A DNA stretch of 56,592 bases from NCBI GenBank assembly GCA_036526155.1, contig DATCZB010000147.1, forward strand, positions 1 through 56,592, given 5' to 3'. Shown in pieces: positions 30,563-42,305 of this stretch; position 1 is the first letter of the stretch, and each line of letters begins with the position of its first letter. Below the pieces are notes generated by a model. It did not search any database and was not told the DNA's origin. It saw only the letters and a list, made by a program, of their open reading frames with translations. The DNA is from Gammaproteobacteria bacterium (GTDB lineage: Bacteria > Pseudomonadota > Gammaproteobacteria > Steroidobacterales > Rariloculaceae). Position numbers and translations under genes: made by a program.

Positions 30563-31948
30563 ATGCTGCCAGCCGTCGCGCTCGTCGGCCGACCCAACGT
30601 CGGTAAATCGACTCTATTCAATCAGCTGACCCGTTCGCGTGATGCCCTGGTCGCCGACCAGCCGGGCGTCACGCGCGACCGCCGCTACGGCATCGCCGAA
30701 TTCGAGGGCGCCCGTTACGTCGCCATCGACACCGGTGGTCTCGGTGGCGTCGGCGAGGTCGAGATCGACCCGGGTGTCGACCGGCAGGTGGCCTACGCGC
30801 TCGACGAGGCCGACGCCATCGTGCTCGTGGTCGACCAGCGGCAAGGCGCGATGGCCGCCGATCTCGCCATTGCCGAGCGATTGCGCCGCTCCGGCAAGCC
30901 TGTCACGCTCGCGATCAACAAGTCCGAGGGCCTCGCGCCCGAGATGGCGGCCGCGGAGTTCCATGCGCTTGGTCTCGGTGAGCCGGCTGTTATTGCCGCC
31001 CGTCATGGACAGGGCATCGGCCGCCTCGTGCGGCACGTGCTCGAGCCGTTCGATCTCGAGCCGGCGCCCGAGCCCGCAGACGAGGACGTTCCGCGGCTTG
31101 CCGTCGTCGGTCGTCCGAATGTCGGCAAGTCGACGCTGATCAATCGGCTGATCGGCAGCGACCGCCTCGTCACTTCGCCCACACCCGGAACGACGCGCGA
31201 CAGCATCGTCGTGCCCTGCGAACGGGAAGGGCACAGTTTCGAGTTGATCGACACGGCCGGTATTCGCCGGCGCGCGCGAATCGACGAGGCGATAGAGAAG
31301 TTCAGCGTCGTGCAGTCGTTGAAGGCGATCGAAGATGCCGGCGTCGTCATCGTGCTCATCGACGCGCGCGAAGGCGTAACGGACCAGGATCTGCATCTGA
31401 TCGGCCTGGCCCAGAGTCGCGGCAGCGCGCTCGTCATCGGCATCAACAAGTGGGACGGCATGGAGATCCCGGCACGCCGACGCGTGGAGCGCGAGGTCGA
31501 CCGGCAGCTCGAGTTCGTCGCCTATGCCGAGGTGCGGTATCTCTCGGCATTGCATGGCAGCGGCATCGCAGAGCTCATCGAATCGGCCATGCGCGCGTAT
31601 GAGTCGGCAGGCCGGCAGATACCGACCCCCAGACTCAACGAGCTGCTGGAGCGGTCGACGACGGCGCATCCACCGCCCATCGTCCGCGGCCGGCGTATTC
31701 GATTGCGCTACGCGCATCAGGGCGGGCGCTATCCGCCGCTGATTGTCATTCACGGCAGCCAGGCGTCGCGCGTTCCGGCGCGCTATCAGCGCTACCTCGA
31801 GAACAGCTTCCGCAAGGCACTGAAGCTCGTCGGCACGCCGGTTCGCATCGAGTTTCGCACCGGCGAGAATCCGTTCGCCGGCCGGCGCAACGTCTTGACG
31901 CCGCGTCAGCGCAAGCGCCGCCAGCGCGTCATTCGGCATAGCCGATGA
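30563..31948 (+). CDS. der: ribosome biogenesis GTPase Der (EngA)
   Basis: Two G-domains (GRPNVGKSTLFN and GRPNVGKSTLIN) plus a KH-like C-terminal domain. The ORF extension from 30419 is rejected. Confidence 0.95.
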   Translation: MLPAVALVGRPNVGKSTLFNQLTRSRDALVADQPGVTRDRRYGIAEFEGARYVAIDTGGLGGVGEVEIDPGVDRQVAYALDEADAIVLVVDQRQGAMAADLAIAERLRRSGKPVTLAINKSEGLAPEMAAAEFHALGLGEPAVIAARHGQGIGRLVRHVLEPFDLEPAPEPADEDVPRLAVVGRPNVGKSTLINRLIGSDRLVTSPTPGTTRDSIVVPCEREGHSFELIDTAGIRRRARIDEAIEKFSVVQSLKAIEDAGVVIVLIDAREGVTDQDLHLIGLAQSRGSALVIGINKWDGMEIPARRRVEREVDRQLEFVAYAEVRYLSALHGSGIAELIESAMRAYESAGRQIPTPRLNELLERSTTAHPPPIVRGRRIRLRYAHQGGRYPPLIVIHGSQASRVPARYQRYLENSFRKALKLVGTPVRIEFRTGENPFAGRRNVLTPRQRKRRQRVIRHSR

Positions 31949-32057
31949 CTTGCCGGCACGACCCCTGCCTCGTGATCTATTGTCATAACGATAAGTTACA
32001 AAGGAATGCTCGGGCCGCCTTTAAACTGCTGCGCTCGATGAGTTCCAGGGGGGCATC

Positions 32058-33149
32058 GTGACGGCCGCACGCCGCCACTTCACCGTTGACGGCCAGTTTT
32101 CGATGCATCTCGGAGGCCGGCTCGAATCGCCGACGATCGCCTACGAGACCTGGGGTGAGCTCGACCAGAATCGCAGCAACGCGATCCTGATCTTCACCGG
32201 GCTCTCACCGTCGGCTCACGCGGCATCGAGCAAGAACGACCCGACCCCGGGCTGGTGGGAGGAAATCATCGGGCCCGGCAAGCCGATCGACACGCGCCGG
32301 TTCTTCGTCATTTGCGTGAACTCGCTCGGCAGCTGTTTCGGCTCGACGGGACCGGCGTCGATCGACCCGAAGACAGGCGAGCTTTATCGCTTGAGCTTTC
32401 CCGTGCTGTCTCTCGAGGACGTCGCCCGCGCCGGCTACGAGACGCTGAAGTATCTGGGCATCGAGCGCCTGCACGCAATCGTCGGGCCCTCGATGGGCGG
32501 GATGACGACGCTGGCATTCGAGATGCAGTTCCCCGGGCTTGCCGACGCAATGGTATTGATGTCGACGGGCACGCGCTCCCTGCCGTTTTCGATCGCGTTG
32601 CGCTCGCTGCAGCGCGAGATGATTCGCAAGGACCCGGCCTGGCGGGGCGGGGAGTATCCGATCGACGCGCCGCCGCTGACCGGCATGCGGCTCGCCCGCA
32701 AGCTCGGCATGATCACCTATCGATCGGCGGAAGAGTGGAGGCTGCGTTTCGGCCGCGAGCGCGTCGGTGCCGAGCACGTGGAGGGCGACCCCTTCGGCAT
32801 GAACTTCGAAGTCGAGTCCTACCTCGAGCACCACGCCAAGAAGTTTGTCGGCCAGTTCGACGCCAACTGTTATCTTTACCTCTCACGCGCGAGCGACCTG
32901 TTCGATATTGCCGATCACGGCGCATCGGTTGCGGGCGCGCTCGGCAGGGTCCAGGTCAAACGGGCCCTGGTCATCGGCGTGAAGACCGATTTCCTGTTCC
33001 CGATCCAGCAGCAGCAGGAGCTGGCCGACGGCCTCTCGGGCCACGGCCGCAGCGTCGAATATCATGAATTCGAATCTTTGCAGGGTCACGACGCGTTTCT
33101 CGTCGATATGGACCGTTATCGACCGACGATCGCGAAATTCTTGGCCTGA
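32058..33149 (+). CDS. metX: homoserine O-acyltransferase (MetX family)
   Basis: 363 aa with an alpha/beta hydrolase fold, the nucleophile elbow GPSMGGM and the C-terminal HDAFL. GTG start. No metW follows. Confidence 0.85.
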   Translation: MTAARRHFTVDGQFSMHLGGRLESPTIAYETWGELDQNRSNAILIFTGLSPSAHAASSKNDPTPGWWEEIIGPGKPIDTRRFFVICVNSLGSCFGSTGPASIDPKTGELYRLSFPVLSLEDVARAGYETLKYLGIERLHAIVGPSMGGMTTLAFEMQFPGLADAMVLMSTGTRSLPFSIALRSLQREMIRKDPAWRGGEYPIDAPPLTGMRLARKLGMITYRSAEEWRLRFGRERVGAEHVEGDPFGMNFEVESYLEHHAKKFVGQFDANCYLYLSRASDLFDIADHGASVAGALGRVQVKRALVIGVKTDFLFPIQQQQELADGLSGHGRSVEYHEFESLQGHDAFLVDMDRYRPTIAKFLA

Positions 33150-33151
33150 CG

Positions 33152-33562
33152 CTATTGCGCGTCGCGGCTCGAGCCCGCGAGCATCCGCTGGCCAGTGCTT
33201 GTCAGAACGATTGATTCCGCATTCGCCAGATTACTGCCGTCGCGCGCGAGGGCGCCGTCCACGGTGATGACGTCACCGGGCTTGAGCGAGTCGCGCTTCC
33301 AGCCGAGACGCAGCAGCGCGTTCGGCCCGCCCATTTCCAGCGCCCAATTAACGGCCTCGCCCGAGTTGTCATCGGTGACGTCGATATAGATGAAGATGTG
33401 CGGGTTGGTCCACTGGACGTCCGTCACCGTGCCCGTCAGCGTGACGGTTTTGTCGGCATCGTATTGAGCCGGAAACGAGTGGTGCGCGCTGGCGGTTGCG
33501 ACAACGGCAGCAAGCACGGCAATCAGTGTCAGCCTTCGCTTCAATCTTGCGGTCACGCTCAT
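33152..33562 (-). CDS. DUF6152-like small secreted protein
   Basis: 136 aa. Signal peptide ending ATASA, mature N-terminus HHSFPAQYD, then VQWTNPHI. This matches my recollection of the DUF6152 signature (HHSF...D....V.L.G.V....W.NPH). Confidence 0.7.
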   Translation of the reverse strand: MSVTARLKRRLTLIAVLAAVVATASAHHSFPAQYDADKTVTLTGTVTDVQWTNPHIFIYIDVTDDNSGEAVNWALEMGGPNALLRLGWKRDSLKPGDVITVDGALARDGSNLANAESIVLTSTGQRMLAGSSRDAQ

Positions 33563-33585
33563 CTCATGCTCCTCGCCGGGCAGGT

Positions 33586-34440
33586 CTAGTTGGGGAGCCC
33601 CATGCGCTCGACGAACTGCTCGTTCTCGAGACAGATCTCGTCGATGAGCTCTCCGTCCACAACGATGCGTTGTCGCAGGTTGACCGTCCAGGGCTCTGTG
33701 TATGCTCTCGGATCATCGACCGTGACCTGAATCTCCAGGTGGCCGAAGTCGGGCCGGCGGATTTCCTCGCGGACTCTGGCGGCCTCGGTGATGACGCTGC
33801 CGCTCCAGTCGATCCAGCTCCCGTCACGAACGCCGATCGTGTCGACGACGAGCGTGTCGCCCGACCAATGCGCCGAGGAATAGCCCTGCCATGAAGGCGT
33901 CGGATCATCCGGTAAGGGTCGGGCGTCGGTAAAGACCTGGCGGTAGCCTGCGTTCATCTCGTTCAGGACGACGAGCAGATCCGGCGTGTGTACGAATTTG
34001 AGCATGTGCGGCAGGCCGTAAGCCCGCAGGAAGTTGTCCGGCAGGCAACGAATATGCGGGTCGTTGATCGCGAGGTTGGCGGAGTGCTCCTCGACGATAG
34101 GTACGAGCCAGTCCTGGTAGGGGAGCCCCTCGGGCAGATCGACGCCGATGTTCTGCATATGCCTGGAGGACGGCAGGGTGAAGGGGTCGCTCGGGCTTTC
34201 CTCGCCTTCGGGCGTCACATCGGAAATCCAGATTCCCGACAGGTCGGGCTTGCCGTCGGCGAGTCGTGGTGCCGGGGCCGACATGTCGACCGACCCGTCA
34301 GCCCGCCGAGGCACGTCGGCGGTCGGGTAGCCGATCCACTGGGCGCTGGCGGCGATGCCTAGCAGAGCCAGGCCGGTGCCAGCGAACGCGGAAATCAGGG
34401 CGCTTCGGTTTCGATCCATGGGCAGATAGTAAATCGTCAT
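33586..34440 (-). CDS. secreted protein of unknown function (partner of the DUF6152-like module)
   Basis: Signal peptide (LALLGIAASA|QW) and conserved blocks NDPHIRCLP, HWSGDTLVVDT and DDPRAYTEPW, shared with the C-terminal part of 35018..36133. Start is at 34440 or 34419. The upstream part of the 34749 ORF is non-coding-like. Confidence 0.65.
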   Translation of the reverse strand: MTIYYLPMDRNRSALISAFAGTGLALLGIAASAQWIGYPTADVPRRADGSVDMSAPAPRLADGKPDLSGIWISDVTPEGEESPSDPFTLPSSRHMQNIGVDLPEGLPYQDWLVPIVEEHSANLAINDPHIRCLPDNFLRAYGLPHMLKFVHTPDLLVVLNEMNAGYRQVFTDARPLPDDPTPSWQGYSSAHWSGDTLVVDTIGVRDGSWIDWSGSVITEAARVREEIRRPDFGHLEIQVTVDDPRAYTEPWTVNLRQRIVVDGELIDEICLENEQFVERMGLPN

Positions 34441-34784
34441 TCTGGCCTTTGCGAGTTGTCGGATCCGGTTCGGATTCGCCCCCGGCGAGCAGATGCACGC
34501 TCCCGAAGAACGCTTGGCAGCTGCAGCAGGCAGCATGCCGCGGTGACCGTGAGCAAGCGCAGGTGCAGAATGTTCCTGACGAGGCAGGAACCAAGGCGGA
34601 GCAGATTTTCCGTGTAGATCAGAGCTTCCGTCGTGTTCTCCCGCGCGCCCTCGGGGCCTGGAGTTACGATAGATCCGGGTCAGGCCTCTCGTAAGATGGA
34701 TTCTCGACAAAAACAGGCCATTTGTGCCAAGAGTATTCGGCAGTCGCACGCTTCGTCAGGCATACGCGGCCGAGGCGGGTCGTT

Positions 34785-34961
34785 GTGAGACGTAAATTTC
34801 TGGCTTCCGCTATCGTTGTAACGGGCCTGGTCCTCGCCGTCGCGGGCATCTGTATCGGTGAAGTCGACGACGCTCCCGGCGCCATGCTCATGGGTATCTT
34901 GCTGCTGATTGGCGCGATCTGGGTTGCCATCAGGGTCGTAAGGCGCAGATGGGCTTCCTAG
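34785..34961 (+). CDS. possible small two-TM membrane protein
   Basis: GTG-initiated reading frame of about 58 aa (RRKFLASAIVVTGLVLAVAGICIG...MLMGILLLIGAIWVAIRVVRRRW), with two hydrophobic helices and positive-inside ends. It lies 56 nt upstream of the fusion gene. No homology support. Confidence 0.3.
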   Translation: MRRKFLASAIVVTGLVLAVAGICIGEVDDAPGAMLMGILLLIGAIWVAIRVVRRRWAS

Positions 34962-35017
34962 CCCGATTTTCGGGAGTAGAATCACGCTTTGGCTCGAATG
35001 CGTATGGAGGGGGAGCT

Positions 35018-36133
35018 ATGTCGCGATCATCTGGACTGAATGCAGTGGCCAGCGTGGCTGCTATCTGGTTAGCTTTCCACGCCTTGCCCGTCTGGAGCCA
35101 TCATTCGGTGGCCGCAGAGTTCGATACGAGTCAGCAGGGCGAGCTTCAGGGCGAGATCACGCGCGTCTGGTTCACGAATCCGCACGTCCGCTACCGGCTG
35201 ACGGTGACCAACGCCGACGGCTCCACCGAGGACTGGGAGCTGCAGGGCGGAAACGTCACCACGCTGCGTGGCCGGGGCTGGTTCGAGAATTCGATCGAGG
35301 TGGGTGACGAGGTCACGGTCTCCGGCAGTCTCGGCCGCGGTGGCGCGAAGAAGCTGCAGATTCGCCAGATGGTGAGCGCCGCTGGCGTGGAGGTCCCGCC
35401 GCCGGCGGAAGCGACTGCAACGACTCGCCGCGCGGGTGATCGCAACGCCGTAAACGCGAGCGCGGACTCGGATTACACCTACTCTGCCGGCGGCAACCGA
35501 TACCCGGTGGACATCACGGGCCCGTGGCGCAACACGTATCGCTGGACGGTGACGGTCAACGACCTCGAGCCCAAGCCGACGCCGTTCACGGCCGCAGGGC
35601 GGGCGCTGTTCGAGGCGACCGAGGCCTGGCACGATCCGTCGCTGCGCTGCGTCGCGCCGGGCCTGCCCCGCATTTTCGGCGCGCCTTACCATGCCGACAT
35701 CATCGACGCCGGCAATCACTACCTGATGGTCTACATCGAGCACAACACGCCGAGGCGCGTCTGGATGGATGGCCGCTCGGCGCCCTCCGACACGCCGCCG
35801 ACGCCGATGGGTTTCTCGGTCGGCCGCTGGGAAGGCAATGAGCTCGTCATCGAGACCACGCATCTGAGCGCTGCCTGGATCGACGGCTCAGGGCTGCCGA
35901 TGTCTGGCGAGGGGACCCGTATCGTCGAGCGCTATGTGCCGAGCGAAGACGGTCTGACGATCGATCGGAAGATGACGATTTACGACCCCTATTACACCGA
36001 GCCACTCGTGCGCCAGCGCTATTCGGCCCGCGACGACGCCGTCGATCTGACCGAGCAGGCGCCCTGCGATCCCGACAGCTACTTTAGAGATCTCGTTGCG
36101 ACTGGCAGGCTGGAGGAGCACTTCGCGCGTTAG
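35018..36133 (+). CDS. secreted fusion protein: DUF6152-like N-domain plus a domain homologous to 33586..34440
   Basis: ATG at 35018 preceded by GGAGGGGGA. Signal peptide ending VWS, then HHSVAAEFD...VWFTNPHV (DUF6152-like), then HDPSLRCVAPGLPR...GRWEGNELVIET...YDPYYTEPL (partner-like). Confidence 0.7.
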   Translation: MSRSSGLNAVASVAAIWLAFHALPVWSHHSVAAEFDTSQQGELQGEITRVWFTNPHVRYRLTVTNADGSTEDWELQGGNVTTLRGRGWFENSIEVGDEVTVSGSLGRGGAKKLQIRQMVSAAGVEVPPPAEATATTRRAGDRNAVNASADSDYTYSAGGNRYPVDITGPWRNTYRWTVTVNDLEPKPTPFTAAGRALFEATEAWHDPSLRCVAPGLPRIFGAPYHADIIDAGNHYLMVYIEHNTPRRVWMDGRSAPSDTPPTPMGFSVGRWEGNELVIETTHLSAAWIDGSGLPMSGEGTRIVERYVPSEDGLTIDRKMTIYDPYYTEPLVRQRYSARDDAVDLTEQAPCDPDSYFRDLVATGRLEEHFAR

Positions 36134-36154
36134 CCGCGGCTGGCTCCACCGGCG

Positions 36155-37390
36155 CTACTTGCCGGCTTTGCGAACAGAGACCCGCTCGGCGCGGAGCTCG
36201 GATGCCGCGAGCACCTCGATCACGTGGCCTTGCCACTCGATCGTGTCACCGGCCTGCGGCAGCCGGCCGAGCTTGTCCATCACGAGCCCGTTGACGTTGC
36301 GGGACCTTTCCGCCGGGTTCCAGTCGACCTCGAGAATTGCGGCGACGCGGCGCAGGTCGATGTCGGCGTCGACTTCGAGGCTGCCGTCCTCGTGACGGAC
36401 GAACAGCTCGGTCTCCATGTCGCTCTCGTCGATGATGTCACCGACGATTTCCTCGAGCACGTCCTCGATCGTGACGATACCGAGAAACTGACCGTACTCG
36501 TCGACGACGAACGCCATGTGTCTGCGCTCTTCCTGAAACGTCCGGAGCAGCATATTCAGAGGCTGATACTCGGGAACGACGACGGGCTCGTGGACCAGCT
36601 CGTTCCAGTCGATCTCATCAGAGTCGCCCGCGTCGAGCTGCAGCAGGAGTTCCTTGGCGAGCACGACGCCGGAGAACTGGTCGACGGCGTCGGTCGGGGT
36701 GTACGGAAAGCGGCTGTGGCGCGATTCGCGCACGCGATCAACGACAGTCCGGCGTGACTCGAGCCCCGAGAGATAGACGACCTCGCGCCGGGGCAGCATC
36801 ACGTCGACGGCACAAAGTTCGCGCAGCTGCGTGGCGCCGACGATGATGCCGGCCGTGCGTGCCCCGACGGCGCCCTCGCTCCGGCCGAGCTGTGCGAGCA
36901 GGCGAATCTCCTCGATCGACGTGATCGGCGATTTCGCATCGCCGCGCAAGGCCGCCGAGATCTTTTCCGTGACCGCAACGATGGGCCTCAAAACGACGAT
37001 CAAGGCCTGGATGCCGTAGGCGACGACCGGCGCCAGGGCCATGGCATGGGTCACGCCGAGCGTCTTCGGGATGATCTCGGTGAACAGCAGCACCGCGAGG
37101 GTGAATACGATAGAGAAGATCCATAAGGTGCCGGGGTCGAAGACGTTCTGATAGCTCGCGCCGGCCACGGCCGCGCCGATCGTATGGGCGATCGTGTTGA
37201 CGATCAGAATGGCCGCGATCGGCACGTCGATACGTTCCTTGAACTGGCGCATGAGCCGACCCGATCGCGCACCCGTCTTGGCGAGGGCCTCGACCTGAGC
37301 GGTATTGATCGACAGCACGACCGATTCGAATACCGAGCACATGAACGAGATGATCAATGCGGACGAAACTGCTGCGATAAAGGTTTGCAT
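36155..37390 (-). CDS. HlyC/CorC-family transporter (CNNM/DUF21 TM domain, CBS pair, CorC_HlyC domain)
   Basis: 411 aa with an N-terminal 4-TM DUF21 region (PKTLG), a CBS pair (HSRFP, FVVDEYG...GIVTIEDVLEEIVG) and a C-terminal transporter-associated domain. Confidence 0.85.
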   Translation of the reverse strand: MQTFIAAVSSALIISFMCSVFESVVLSINTAQVEALAKTGARSGRLMRQFKERIDVPIAAILIVNTIAHTIGAAVAGASYQNVFDPGTLWIFSIVFTLAVLLFTEIIPKTLGVTHAMALAPVVAYGIQALIVVLRPIVAVTEKISAALRGDAKSPITSIEEIRLLAQLGRSEGAVGARTAGIIVGATQLRELCAVDVMLPRREVVYLSGLESRRTVVDRVRESRHSRFPYTPTDAVDQFSGVVLAKELLLQLDAGDSDEIDWNELVHEPVVVPEYQPLNMLLRTFQEERRHMAFVVDEYGQFLGIVTIEDVLEEIVGDIIDESDMETELFVRHEDGSLEVDADIDLRRVAAILEVDWNPAERSRNVNGLVMDKLGRLPQAGDTIEWQGHVIEVLAASELRAERVSVRKAGK

Positions 37391-37420
37391 TGGACCTCCG
37401 GGGCCAGCGGGCTGACCCTG

Positions 37421-38668
37421 CTAAGTTCGTTTACCTCCGGTGGTGGAATTCACGGTGGCGGCCAGACCGCCCTCGGCGAGGCGAACCTCGATACCCGCGC
37501 CCGGCTCGACGGCATCGCCGCGCGTCACGAGCTCGCCGTCGCTCTGCCGCGTGACGATGGCGTAGCCTCGGTCCAGCGTGGCCAGCGGGCTGAGCGCCGA
37601 CAGGCCGCGCTCGATGAGCTTCAGGCGTGATGTCGTCGAGGTCATTGCGTCCTTGAGCGCGCGCTTCAGCCGGCCCTCGATGTCGTCGACGCGTTGGTGT
37701 TTGGTCTTGAGCGTCATGCCCGGATGCGCGCGGCTGAGCCGGTGCTCGAGCGTATCGAGGCGTCGCTGCTCGTCGCGCATCAGCCGGCGCAAGGCACGCG
37801 AGAGCAATTCCGCCAGGCCCAGCAGCCGTTCGAAGTAATCACGCTGCTCCGGCACGGCGAGCTCGGCGGCCTGCGATGGCGTCGGGGCCCTGAGGTCGGC
37901 AACGAACTCGGCGATCGTGAAATCGGTCTCGTGGCCGACGCCAACGATGATCGGAATCGAAACCCCGGCGACGGCTCGAGCCACGGCCTCCTCGTTGAAA
38001 GGCCAAAGGTCCTCCAGCGATCCGCCGCCGCGCGTCAGAATCAGCAGGTCGCACTCGGCCCGGCTCGAGGCGCGCTCGAGCGCGGCGACGATTTCCCCGG
38101 CGGCCTTGTCGCCCTGGACGCTGGTCGGGTAGATCAGCACCTGGGCCGCGGGAAAGCGACGCCGGAGCGAGATCAGGACGTCGCGGAGCGCCGCCCCCGT
38201 CGGCGAGGTGATGACGCCGATTCGTTCGGGAATTTCCGGCAGCTCGCGCTTGCGCTCGGGGTCGAACAGGCCCTCGTCCGCGAGCCTGGCCTTGAGCTGC
38301 TCGAAGCGTCGCCGGAGCGCGCCTTCGCCGGCTTCCTCCATGTGCTCGACGATGAGCTGGTAGTCGCCGCGCGCCTCGTAGAGGCCGGCCTGCGCCCGGA
38401 CCAGAACCTGGAGCCCGTCGGTCGGCGCGAAGCCGAGCCGCCGGTTTGCCTGGCGAAACATCGCGCAGCGGACCTGGGCCTTTTCGTCCTTGAGCGAGAA
38501 GTAGATGTGCCCCGAGGAGGGGCGGGCCAGATTCGAGATTTCGCCTTCGACCCAGACTCGGCCGAGACCCTCCTCGATCAGCTGCCGGACTTCGCGGTTG
38601 AGCGCGCTGACCGAGAGCACCTCGGTGTTTTCGTCCAGACCGAGGGTCAGTGATTTCGTGCGCGCCAT
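37421..38668 (-). CDS. xseA: exodeoxyribonuclease VII large subunit
   Basis: SVSALN..V..L.E......WV.GEISN....SGH.YF.LKD N-terminal OB fold. Divergent from guaB, as in E. coli. Confidence 0.93.
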   Translation of the reverse strand: MARTKSLTLGLDENTEVLSVSALNREVRQLIEEGLGRVWVEGEISNLARPSSGHIYFSLKDEKAQVRCAMFRQANRRLGFAPTDGLQVLVRAQAGLYEARGDYQLIVEHMEEAGEGALRRRFEQLKARLADEGLFDPERKRELPEIPERIGVITSPTGAALRDVLISLRRRFPAAQVLIYPTSVQGDKAAGEIVAALERASSRAECDLLILTRGGGSLEDLWPFNEEAVARAVAGVSIPIIVGVGHETDFTIAEFVADLRAPTPSQAAELAVPEQRDYFERLLGLAELLSRALRRLMRDEQRRLDTLEHRLSRAHPGMTLKTKHQRVDDIEGRLKRALKDAMTSTTSRLKLIERGLSALSPLATLDRGYAIVTRQSDGELVTRGDAVEPGAGIEVRLAEGGLAATVNSTTGGKRT

Positions 38669-38769
38669 TGCCCTCAGCGTACTGAATCGGCCGGAATCCT
38701 GCCAGCCGTTTACTGCGCCGGTCGAGACCTTTACACTTGCGCGCCTACTCGAGACAGCAGGGGCACTGC

Positions 38770-40236
<1,467 letters not shown>

Positions 40237-40242
40237 CCCGTC

Positions 40243-42293
<2,051 letters not shown>

Positions 42294-42305
42294 AGCCGCC
42301 AGGTG

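Noticed and set aside
30614-31939. 441-aa minus-strand ORF.
   Set aside because: It is antisense to der (two clear GTPase domains on the plus strand). Shadow ORF.
31949-32057. SAM-type riboswitch upstream of metX.
   Set aside because: The 109-nt leader shows none of the SAM-II/SAM-V pseudoknot signature (conserved AAAGC and U-rich strands) that I could recognise. It would need an Infernal scan to exclude formally.
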